DNA of 64,000 nucleotides. Origin: Myxococcota bacterium (GTDB lineage Bacteria > Myxococcota_A > UBA9042 > PHBI01 > JAWLBL01). The stretch covers positions 64,001-128,000 of the forward strand of contig JAWLBL010000004.1 in assembly GCA_041687695.1 (NCBI GenBank). Direction: 5' to 3'. The translations under genes and the position numbers were made by a program. The notes under the pieces were generated by a model. It was not told where the DNA came from. It searched no databases and saw only the letters and a list, made by a program, of their open reading frames with translations. Of the stretch, positions 32,276-40,774 are shown one piece after another; positions within the stretch are counted from its first letter, which is position 1; each line of letters begins with the position of its first letter.

Positions 32276-34255
32276 CTAGGGGCAGCAGCACCCCGCGGTG
32301 CCGCACGACAGCGTCACGACCAGGGTGTAGGGGCCGTAGTCGTAGTCGTCGTCGAAGGCCATGCGGCCGTCGACGACCACGGTGTGCCACCCGTCCACCG
32401 TCGCCACCCAGGTCAGCGTCTCCTGGCCGCCGTCGCCCTTGTCGTTCTTGCACGTCAGCGGCGACCCGCCCGACTTGCACTGGGTGCCCGCGTACAGCTT
32501 CATCATCAGGTTCATGTCATTGTACTGCGGGGTCAGCTTGAACGTGACCGTCTCGCCCGCCACCAGCCAGATCCGATAGAACTGGTCGTACTTGGCGTCC
32601 CAACAGGCCGACTCGTTGGTCGACAGGTCGTCGTTGTTCTTGGCCTTGGTCGTGTCGCCCATGAAGTAGGCCCCGACCAGCGCGTCCTTGCGGCCGACGA
32701 CCTTGGCCGACGAGCAGGTGTTGGCGTTCGGCGTCAGATCGCTCTGGCAGCCCTGGACCTGGCAGTCGGGCACGCAGCTCACGCCCTGGCAGTGCTCCTC
32801 GGCCGGACAGTGCAGATCGCTCAGGCACTCCCCGCACGTCGACCCGTCCGGCGCGCAGTACGGCGTCGCCCCGCCGCACGGCTGGCAGGTCGCCCCGCAC
32901 GCCTCCACCGTGTCGCACTTGACGCAGCCGCCGCCCTCGCAGCGCCAGCCCGGCCCGCACGAGGTCGCGCTGCAGACGCACTGGCCGCCGCTGCAGACCG
33001 GCGTCGCGCCGCCGCACTCCAGACACGACGGCCCGCAGTGGTCGGGGTCATCGTCCGAGCACGACGTGCACTGCTTGCCGTCGCAGTACGCGCCCGCGCC
33101 GCACGACGTCGCGCTGCACACGCACACGCTGCCGGCGCACACGGGCTTGTCCCCCCCGCACGGGGCGCAGGTCGGCCCGCACGCCGCCGCCGTGTCACAG
33201 GCCACGCACCCGCCGCCCTGGCACAGGGACCCCGCCCCGCAGTCCTCGTCGGTGCCGCAGGCGCACTTGCCGTTCACGCACGTCGGCGTGCTGCCGGTGC
33301 ACACGGCGCAGCTGGCGCCGCAGTGCAGCGGGTCGCTGGCCCCGCACGCCACGCACTGACCGGCCGAGCAGTACTTGCCGGCCCCGCACTGCGCGTCCGC
33401 CGTGCAGAAGCACTGGCCGTTGTTGCACACCGGCGTCGGCCCCAGCGTGCAGTCCACGCAGTCGAACCCGCAGTGCGTCGCCTGGTTGCACGTGACGCAG
33501 GCGCCGCCCTGGCAGGACGTCCCCGGTCCGCACGAGCCGGCGTCGCAGACGCACTGGCCGCCGTCGCACACCGGCGTCGCCCCGCCGCAGGGCGCGCAGG
33601 TCGGCCCGCAGGCCGCCGCGGTCGCGCAGGCCACGCACGTCCCGCCGACGCACTGAGCGCCCGCCCCACACGGCACCTCGTCCGAGCAAGCGACGCAGCC
33701 CGCGCCGTCCGCGCTGCACGTCTTCCCGGTCGCCGTGCAGTCGACGCAGGCGGCCCCGCACCGCGCGTCGCTGTCGCACGGCTCGCACACGCCGCCGTTA
33801 CACCACGCGCCCGCGCCGCAGCTGACCGGCGTGCACACGCACTGCCCGTCGACGCACACCGGCTCGTCCACGGGGCACGCGTCGCAGCCGCCCCGGCTCG
33901 TGTCCGCCGGCGGCCGGCTCGCGTCTTGCGGCGCGCTCACGTCTTGCGGCGCGCTCACATCCGGCGTCGGCTCCTCGGCGTCCTCGCCGACGTCCTCGAC
34001 GCTGCCCGCGTCACCCGGCCCGCTGCCGTCCGGCGTCCCGACCGGCCCGGCGTCCTTGCCCGGCCCGAACACGACCTCGAAGTCCCCCGTCGTGTCCACC
34101 GCCACGTCGGCCGCGCCGCCCTCGGGGTCCCCCGAACAGGCGATCATCCCGGCGGCCGCGGCCAGCGCCCACACCAGGGCCGCCCATCGCGCCCGCCCGC
34201 GGCGGGGGTGGTCCAACCCATCGGGTCGCGGCGTCGGCGTGGTCGTCGGCGTCAT
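32276..34255 (-). CDS. Cys-rich repeat lipoprotein with C-terminal PPC-like domain
   Basis: Lipobox MIAC, Asp/Pro linker, ~8 repeats of ~47 aa (C..C.....CG..C..CGG..PVC..G.CVC...SCG.G..C.GG.C), then a PPC-like beta domain. Confidence 0.8.
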   Translation of the reverse strand: MTPTTTPTPRPDGLDHPRRGRARWAALVWALAAAAGMIACSGDPEGGAADVAVDTTGDFEVVFGPGKDAGPVGTPDGSGPGDAGSVEDVGEDAEEPTPDVSAPQDVSAPQDASRPPADTSRGGCDACPVDEPVCVDGQCVCTPVSCGAGAWCNGGVCEPCDSDARCGAACVDCTATGKTCSADGAGCVACSDEVPCGAGAQCVGGTCVACATAAACGPTCAPCGGATPVCDGGQCVCDAGSCGPGTSCQGGACVTCNQATHCGFDCVDCTLGPTPVCNNGQCFCTADAQCGAGKYCSAGQCVACGASDPLHCGASCAVCTGSTPTCVNGKCACGTDEDCGAGSLCQGGGCVACDTAAACGPTCAPCGGDKPVCAGSVCVCSATSCGAGAYCDGKQCTSCSDDDPDHCGPSCLECGGATPVCSGGQCVCSATSCGPGWRCEGGGCVKCDTVEACGATCQPCGGATPYCAPDGSTCGECLSDLHCPAEEHCQGVSCVPDCQVQGCQSDLTPNANTCSSAKVVGRKDALVGAYFMGDTTKAKNNDDLSTNESACWDAKYDQFYRIWLVAGETVTFKLTPQYNDMNLMMKLYAGTQCKSGGSPLTCKNDKGDGGQETLTWVATVDGWHTVVVDGRMAFDDDYDYGPYTLVVTLSCGTAGCCCP

Positions 34256-34445
34256 CGGCGGGCCCTCCTCGCGAGCGGGGCGATCAGACTGGCCCGAAGC
34301 CGCCTTCGGTTCAAGGGCCGCGGCCGAGCCGCGGGCAGGAGCCCGTCCGCCCGGCCCGCAGCTCCACGCCCATCGGCCCCGGCACCGGCCCCCGCCTCTC
34401 CGGACCATGGACACCCACCCGACCGCCGGGCTAGCTTGCCGCCCC

Positions 34446-35315
34446 ATGAAGGTCCATCACCTCAACTGCGCCACCCTGCGCCCCTGGGCCGGCAAGACGC
34501 TGCTCGGCCCCGGCGACGCCACCACCGACGCCCACCTGCCCGGGTGCATGGTCTGCCACTGCCTGCTGGTCGAGACCTCGGCCGGCCTCGTGCTGGTCGA
34601 CTCCGGCTTCGGCCTGCAGGACGTCGCCCGCGCGAACGAGCGCCTCGGCCGCGCCTTCGTCGCCATCTCGCGCCCGCGCCTCGACCCCGCCGAGACCGCC
34701 GCCCACCAGGTCGAGCGCCTCGGCTACCGCCGCGAGGACGTCCGCCACGTCGTCCTGACCCACCTCGACCTCGACCACGCCGGCGGCCTGTCCGACTTCC
34801 CCCAGGCCAGGGTCCACCTGCACCGGCGCGAGCTCGACGCGGCCACCCGCCCCGCCAGCCGCAAGGACACCATGCGCTACCGCGCGGCCCAGTGGGCCCA
34901 CGGCCCCGACTGGCGCCCCTACGAGGCCGACGGCGAGACCTGGAACGGCCTGTCCTGCGTCCGCCCCCTCGACGGCGTCCCCGACGACGTCCTGCTCCTG
35001 CCCCTCGACGGCCACTCGCGCGGCCACTCCGGCGTCGCCATCCGCGCCGCGGGCCCGGGCGGCGACGGCTGGCTGGTCCACGCCGGCGACAGCTACTTCC
35101 ACCGCGACGAGATCCACGCCCGCCCACCGCGCTGCCCCCGCGGCCTCCAGCTCTTCCAGCGCTTCACCCAGGTCGACGGCCAGCGCCGCCTCGACAACCA
35201 GCAGCGCCTGCGCGACCTCGTCGACGCCCACCCCTCCGTGACCGTGTTCTCGGCCCACGACCCGGTCGAGTACGCCCGCCTCACCGCCGCCCCCTCCGCC
35301 GCGGCCGCCGCCTGA
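34446..35315 (+). CDS. MBL-fold metallo-hydrolase
   Basis: MKVHHLNC, VDSGFG, THLDLDHAGG, GHSRGH, HAGDS, FSAHD. Confidence 0.92.
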   Translation: MKVHHLNCATLRPWAGKTLLGPGDATTDAHLPGCMVCHCLLVETSAGLVLVDSGFGLQDVARANERLGRAFVAISRPRLDPAETAAHQVERLGYRREDVRHVVLTHLDLDHAGGLSDFPQARVHLHRRELDAATRPASRKDTMRYRAAQWAHGPDWRPYEADGETWNGLSCVRPLDGVPDDVLLLPLDGHSRGHSGVAIRAAGPGGDGWLVHAGDSYFHRDEIHARPPRCPRGLQLFQRFTQVDGQRRLDNQQRLRDLVDAHPSVTVFSAHDPVEYARLTAAPSAAAAA

Positions 35316-35326
35316 CGGACCTCCTC

Positions 35327-36064
35327 ATGCGCACGACCCAGACCTCCTTCGGCGAGCTGACCTGCCGCGTCGTCGGCGATCCCGACCAGTCCCCCACCCT
35401 GGCCGTCGTCCTCTGCCACGGCTACGGCGCCCCCGGCACCGACCTCGTCCCGCTCGCCGCCGAGCTCGCGCGCGCCCACCCGCGCCTGCAGACCGGCGTC
35501 CGCTTCGTCTTCCCCGAGGCGCCCCTGTCGCTGGCGAGCCTCGGCTACGGCGGCGGCCGCGCCTGGTGGCACCTCGAGATGGAGCGCTTCATGATGTCGC
35601 CCGGCCCCGCGCTGGTCGACTACCTGCGCCGCTCCGAGCCCGAGGGCCTGCCCGCCGCGCGCCGCAAGCTGCGCGCCAGCCTCGACGCCCTGACCGCCCA
35701 GACCGGCCTGCCCATGGGGCGGGTCGTCCTCGGCGGCTTCTCGCAGGGCGCCATGCTTGCGACCGACACGGCCCTGCGGCTCGAGGAGGCGCCGGCCGCC
35801 CTGGTCGCCTTCTCGCCGACGCTGCTGAGCGAGGACGCCTGGCGCCGCGCCGCCTCGGTCCGCGCCGGCCTGCCGGCCCTGGTCTGCCACGGCCGCCAGG
35901 ACCCGCTGCTGCCCTTCGCAGGCACCGAAGCGCTGCGCGATCTGCTGCGCGACGCCGGCCTCGACGTGACCTTCCTCCCGTTCGAGGGCGGCCACACCAT
36001 CGGCCACGAGGGGCTGACCCGCCTCGCCCACCTGCTCGAGCGGCTGCAGGGCGAGGCGGGCTGA
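35327..36064 (+). CDS. Phospholipase/carboxylesterase
   Basis: LCHGYGAPG, FPEAP, AWW, GGFSQGA, HGRQDPLLP, FEGGHTI. Confidence 0.92.
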   Translation: MRTTQTSFGELTCRVVGDPDQSPTLAVVLCHGYGAPGTDLVPLAAELARAHPRLQTGVRFVFPEAPLSLASLGYGGGRAWWHLEMERFMMSPGPALVDYLRRSEPEGLPAARRKLRASLDALTAQTGLPMGRVVLGGFSQGAMLATDTALRLEEAPAALVAFSPTLLSEDAWRRAASVRAGLPALVCHGRQDPLLPFAGTEALRDLLRDAGLDVTFLPFEGGHTIGHEGLTRLAHLLERLQGEAG

Positions 36065-36076
36065 CCGACTCGCGGC

Positions 36077-36523
36077 CTAGTCGTCGCTGCGGCGCAGCAC
36101 CAGCACCGGGCAGTGGGCGTGCCGGATGACGGTCTCGGCCACCGACCCCAGCAGCAGGCGCTTGATGCCGCTGCGCCCGTGCGACGGCAGGACGACCAGC
36201 TCGGCGTCGACCTCGGCCGCGAAGTCGCAGATGGTCAGGCCCGGTGAGCCGAAGCGGATGGCCAGCTGCGTCCCGGTCAGGCCGCGCTTGTCCAGCTCCT
36301 TGGCGACGGCCTCGCGCACCGCGGTCGCCCGCTTCTGGTCGTTCAGCTCGCCGACCAGCACGCCCGGCGCGACGCTCGACAGCGGCTCGAGCACGTAGAC
36401 GAGCTTGACGACGGCGGGGTCCGAGACCATCTGGCGCGCCGTCTCGGCCGCCAGGTACGAGGCCTCGGAGTGATCGATGGGGACGACGATGCAGCGGCTC
36501 GGAGGCCAGTTGGTCATGACCAT
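36077..36523 (-). CDS. Universal stress protein
   Basis: IVVPIDHS, VVLPSHGRSGIKRLLLGSVAETVIRHAHCPVLV. Confidence 0.93.
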   Translation of the reverse strand: MVMTNWPPSRCIVVPIDHSEASYLAAETARQMVSDPAVVKLVYVLEPLSSVAPGVLVGELNDQKRATAVREAVAKELDKRGLTGTQLAIRFGSPGLTICDFAAEVDAELVVLPSHGRSGIKRLLLGSVAETVIRHAHCPVLVLRRSDD

Positions 36524-36721
36524 GGTCGTTCACCTCCCCGGCAGCGGGGGCGTAGGTTGAGGGCGTTGGGAGACTTCCGGCCGTTATAGACGACCCGCGA
36601 AGCGGCGGACAACCCGCGTGTCGCGGACGGCGGCCCGCCCGGCGGCCGTGACACGCCCATGAAGCCCTTCGGCGGATTCCGAGAGGCATCGAGGGCCGGG
36701 CCGTGGCATCCTGCGCCGGTG

Positions 36722-37783
36722 ATGACGTTCCGCCTGCCCCACCTAGCCGCTCTGTTCGCCGTCCTCCTGCTCGCCTGTGGCGACGGCCCGGGCGCCAACC
36801 CGCCTGCCTCCGACGCCTCGGACGCCGCCCAGGCCGACATCGCGCCGCAGCCCGACGCCGACGCCTCACCCGACGGCGTCGGTCACGAAGACGCCGCGCC
36901 CCCCGACGCCATCGCGCCTCCGGTCCGCAACCCCCGCGCCCTGCGCGTCGCGACGTGGAACGTCAAGCGCCTGTTCGACACCACCTGCGACACCGGCAAG
37001 TGCGGCGGCTGGAACGACTACGAGGAGCTGCCGAGCGCCGACGAGTTCGCCGCCAAGGTGGGCGACGTGGCCGACCGCATCGACGACTTCGCGGCGGACA
37101 TCGTCATCTTGCAGGAGATCGAGAGCGACGCGGCCCTCGACGCCGTGGTCGCCGCCCTCGACCCGCAGGGCGACACCTGGAAGACGTCGCACCTCGGCGA
37201 GATCGGCCCGGACTACGCCACGGTGGACGTCGCCATCCTGGCCCGCTTCCCCTACATCGGTGCCTATCACCACCGCGCCAAGACGCCGCTCCTCCTGGCC
37301 GACGGCACCGAGGAGAAGTTCGCCCGCGAGTTCCTCGAGGTCCACCTGAACGTGCCCGACGCCGACGGCGCGCTGCCCGAGCGGGTCGTCGTCTTCGCCG
37401 CCCACTTCAAGTCCAAGGCCAACGACCAGCCGCAGCTCCGCCTCGCCGAGGCCAAGGCCGCCCACGACATCGTGGCCGCCCGCGCCGCCGCCACCCCCGA
37501 CGCCCTCATCATCCTCGGCGGCGACCTCAACGACGTGCCCGGCTCCGCGCCGCTCACGGCGCTCGAGGGCTCGGGCGCCCTCTCCCGCGTCGCCGCCGAC
37601 GTCCACGCCGACTATCGCTGGACCTTCAACTTCAACGGCAAGCAGCAGGCCATCGACCACCTCTTCCTCGCCACGGGCGCCTCGGGCCAGTACGTCCCCG
37701 GCTCGGCCCACGCCCGCCGCGATCACCCCAACGGCCTGGGCCTCAGCGACCACGCCGCGCTGCTGGCCGACTTCCTGTTCTGA
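36722..37783 (+). CDS. Endonuclease/exonuclease/phosphatase-family lipoprotein
   Basis: Lipobox LLAC; ATWNV, LQEIE, AHFKSK, GGDLND, IDHLF, SDHA. Confidence 0.9.
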   Translation: MTFRLPHLAALFAVLLLACGDGPGANPPASDASDAAQADIAPQPDADASPDGVGHEDAAPPDAIAPPVRNPRALRVATWNVKRLFDTTCDTGKCGGWNDYEELPSADEFAAKVGDVADRIDDFAADIVILQEIESDAALDAVVAALDPQGDTWKTSHLGEIGPDYATVDVAILARFPYIGAYHHRAKTPLLLADGTEEKFAREFLEVHLNVPDADGALPERVVVFAAHFKSKANDQPQLRLAEAKAAHDIVAARAAATPDALIILGGDLNDVPGSAPLTALEGSGALSRVAADVHADYRWTFNFNGKQQAIDHLFLATGASGQYVPGSAHARRDHPNGLGLSDHAALLADFLF

Positions 37784-37969
37784 CCCGACGCGGCGCCCCG
37801 CCGGCGCGCCGGAAAACGCTGGGGCGGCCGTGGCGCGCCGCGGGCGCTCGGGTGTACCTTTTCGAAGGTCGTCGCGGCCGCCACCGGCCTCGCGCACGGG
37901 GGACTGCAGACAGCCACACGCGGGCGCGTCAGGGCTCGGGGGAGCCCTGGCGCGTCACACCCAGCGGCC

Positions 37970-39688
37970 CTACCTCGCCACGGCGGCGACCCGGTCCCTG
38001 CGGTAGACGTCGTGCAGGAAGTGCACCCGCCCCGCGTCGTCCACCCGCGCGGTCACGTAATCGACCACGATGGGCACGCGCCGGTCCAGCGGGATGGGCG
38101 TCTCCTTGTAGTGCTTCATGACCCGCGCGTCCTCGGCGGCCTGCCAGCTGCCGTCGCGCTCGAGCAGCAGGCGCGCCAGGTCCAGCGGCTGGTCGACCCG
38201 CATGCACCCGTGGCTGAAGGCGCGCCGCGTCGCCTTGAACTTCGTCTTGGCCGGCGTGTCGTGCAGGAAGACGAAGTCGCGGTTCTCGAAGATGATCTTC
38301 ACCTTGCCCAGCGCGTTGCCCGGCCCCGGCTCGCGCCGCACCCACTGCCGCGCCGGGTCGTCGCCGCCCATCACCTCGAAGCGGTGCCGCGCCCAGTAGT
38401 CGGGCGCGTCGGCCTCGGCCTCGGCGGCGTATTTTTCGGCGTCGGGCTTCAGCTCGCGCTCGAGGATGCGCCGCGGCACGTTCCAGTACGGGTTGTAGAT
38501 GACCTGGTGGATGTACGACACCAGGGTCGGCGTGGCGTTCACCATCCGGCCGCGCTCGCGCTGGGTCCCGCCGACCACCACTCGGAAGCGGTGGACCCGC
38601 TCGGGGCCGTCCCAGACCTCGCCGTGATAGTCGGGCACGTTCACGAAGACGGCGTAGGGGAAGTCGTTCAGCGCGCTGGCCCGCCAGCGGTCCAGGTTCA
38701 GCCGCAGCGTCGCGATCCGCTCGGTGACCGGCACGGCCAGCGCCTCGAGCAGCGCCTTGTCCACGAGCCCCTTGTCGCCCCGCCGCGGCGGCTCCAGCTG
38801 ATAGGCCTCGCGCGCCCGGCGCAGCGCCTCCGTCAGCGCCTCGTCCCAGGTCTCGCCGCCGGCCGCGGGGTCCAGGGCCTGGTCCTCTTGCGCCAGCCGC
38901 GCCCGCAGCGCCGCGACGGCCGGGTGCGCCTTGCCCGGCGTGGCCTTGAGCGCCTCGCGCGGCACCTCGACGAACCCGCCGGCCGCCGCCAGCGCCTCGT
39001 AGCGGGGCAGGGCGACGCGCAGCCGCTCGTAGGGCTGGCGCGTCGGCGGCAGCGTCGCCAGCAGCGCCGTCGGGTCGTCCCAGGTCGCCAGCGCCTCCAC
39101 CAGACGCGCCTGTTGCCGCGCCGGCTCCTCGGGCGGGTGGACGCGCGTCGCGCCGTGCGCCTGGGCCAGCGCCAGCAGCAGGTGGGCCAGCGCGTGCTCG
39201 GCGTGCACCAGGGTCCGGGCGCGGGCGCGATCGGCCGTCGGCTCGCCCGTCCAGTCGGTCGCCAGCGCCTCCTCGACCAGCCCGGCCAGCTCGTCGCGGT
39301 GGACCTGCGGCACCGCGCTCGGGTCCAGGCCGTGGGCCGGCAGCTCGGCGGCGGCGGCCAGCAGCGCCTCGGCGCGCGGGGCCAGCCCGTCGGGGGTCGC
39401 CAGGACCAGGGCGTCGCCCGCCGAAGCCTGCAGCGCTCGCAGCCGCTCGCGCGCCGCCTCGGGCAGCGGCACCGGCCCGCTCAGCGCGGCGTCCAGCAGC
39501 TCCGTGAGCGCGGGCGCCTGGGCCGGCGGCGGCGGGGCCGGCGCCTGGACCGGGGCCGCCTCGGCGGCCGTCGCCTCGGTGGGCGCCGTCGCCTCGGGCG
39601 GCGAGGGTGGCGGCGGCGCCGGAGCGTCACCGCGGCAGGCCGGCAGGGTCAGGGCGAGGACGAGGAGCCAGCGACCAGGAGGTGTCAC
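37970..39688 (-). CDS. L,D-transpeptidase (YcbB/LdtD-like) lipoprotein with peptidoglycan-binding domain
   Basis: GTG start, lipobox LPAC; VNVPDY, NPYWNVP, PGPGNALG.VK, FLHDTP, SHGCMRV. Confidence 0.9.
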   Translation of the reverse strand: MTPPGRWLLVLALTLPACRGDAPAPPPPSPPEATAPTEATAAEAAPVQAPAPPPPAQAPALTELLDAALSGPVPLPEAARERLRALQASAGDALVLATPDGLAPRAEALLAAAAELPAHGLDPSAVPQVHRDELAGLVEEALATDWTGEPTADRARARTLVHAEHALAHLLLALAQAHGATRVHPPEEPARQQARLVEALATWDDPTALLATLPPTRQPYERLRVALPRYEALAAAGGFVEVPREALKATPGKAHPAVAALRARLAQEDQALDPAAGGETWDEALTEALRRAREAYQLEPPRRGDKGLVDKALLEALAVPVTERIATLRLNLDRWRASALNDFPYAVFVNVPDYHGEVWDGPERVHRFRVVVGGTQRERGRMVNATPTLVSYIHQVIYNPYWNVPRRILERELKPDAEKYAAEAEADAPDYWARHRFEVMGGDDPARQWVRREPGPGNALGKVKIIFENRDFVFLHDTPAKTKFKATRRAFSHGCMRVDQPLDLARLLLERDGSWQAAEDARVMKHYKETPIPLDRRVPIVVDYVTARVDDAGRVHFLHDVYRRDRVAAVAR

Positions 39689-40686
39689 GCCGCGTCGACC
39701 GTGAGGCGAGGGGACACCTCGCCGGCGAGGAGCTTGAAGAAGGGCTCGGTGCGGGCCCAGGCCATGCCGTGGTGCACGCGCCAGGCGGGCAGGGGGTGCG
39801 TGCGCCGGTTGTTGTTGAACATCTCGGTGATCTGCAGGAGCAGGTCGCCGTCGCGCAGCTGCTCGGCCTCGTTGGCCTGGTCGATGAACGCGGCGACGTC
39901 CATCTCCTCGAGGTAGCGGCTGTTGCCGCCCGACAGCAGCATGTGCGTGCGCACGAAGGTCTCGAGCGACCCCGTCGTCAGCAGCTCGCCGCGGTCGGCC
40001 GAGAGCTCGGACATCTGGTACCAGCGCGTCAGCGCCACCTGCAGCGGGGCCAGCAGCGCGCCCGCGATGCCCAGCAGCCGCTGCAGGATGGCCAGGCCGC
40101 CGTTGATGACGAGGATGGCGATGGTCCGGTACAGCACGTGGCCCAGCTTCACGTGCGTCAGCTCGTGGCCCAGCACGCCGGTGATCTCGCGCTCGCCCAT
40201 GCCGTCGAGCAGGCCCGACGTCACCCCGACCATCGGCGCGCCCGCGCCCATGGCGAAGGCGTTCATCCCCGGGTCCTGCACGATGAACAGCGGCGGCGGA
40301 TCCACGTCCACGCGCCCGGCCGCCTCGAGGTAGCTGCGCCACAGCCGGGGCGCCTGCTTCTCGTCGATGCGCACCGCGCCGGCCAGCATCTGGAAGCGGG
40401 CCAGCTTGTCGAGCGTCGCCGCGAAGACGGTCGACACGACCTTCTCGGCGTAGGGGATCGCCTTGAGCGCCTTGAGCGCCTCGCGGTCCCAGGGGTGCGC
40501 CAGATCCTCGGCCCGCACGTTGGTCAGCGGCTCGCCCGACACGCGCAGCAGCGGCACGAGGCACCGTCCGCACTTGACCGCCGCCAGGTCCGCGAGCGCG
40601 CGCTCGACCGGGAAGCGGTTGCCGGAGCCGCAGGCGCGGCACTTGAGGGTGACGGACTCGACCGTGCCATCGTACTTGGGCGGCAT
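39685..40686 (-). CDS. M48 family metallopeptidase with N-terminal zinc ribbon
   Basis: CRAC..NR..CGRC; NAFAMG, HELTH, ELSADR, THP. Confidence 0.9.
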   Translation of the reverse strand: MPPKYDGTVESVTLKCRACGSGNRFPVERALADLAAVKCGRCLVPLLRVSGEPLTNVRAEDLAHPWDREALKALKAIPYAEKVVSTVFAATLDKLARFQMLAGAVRIDEKQAPRLWRSYLEAAGRVDVDPPPLFIVQDPGMNAFAMGAGAPMVGVTSGLLDGMGEREITGVLGHELTHVKLGHVLYRTIAILVINGGLAILQRLLGIAGALLAPLQVALTRWYQMSELSADRGELLTTGSLETFVRTHMLLSGGNSRYLEEMDVAAFIDQANEAEQLRDGDLLLQITEMFNNNRRTHPLPAWRVHHGMAWARTEPFFKLLAGEVSPRLTVDAA

Positions 40687-40774
40687 GCGGCTCCTCGCGG
40701 GCGGCAGCGCGGGCGGACCCCGGTAGCCTGCGCCCCTGCGGCGGGCTACTCCAGGCAGGCCGCCCAGCGGCGGG

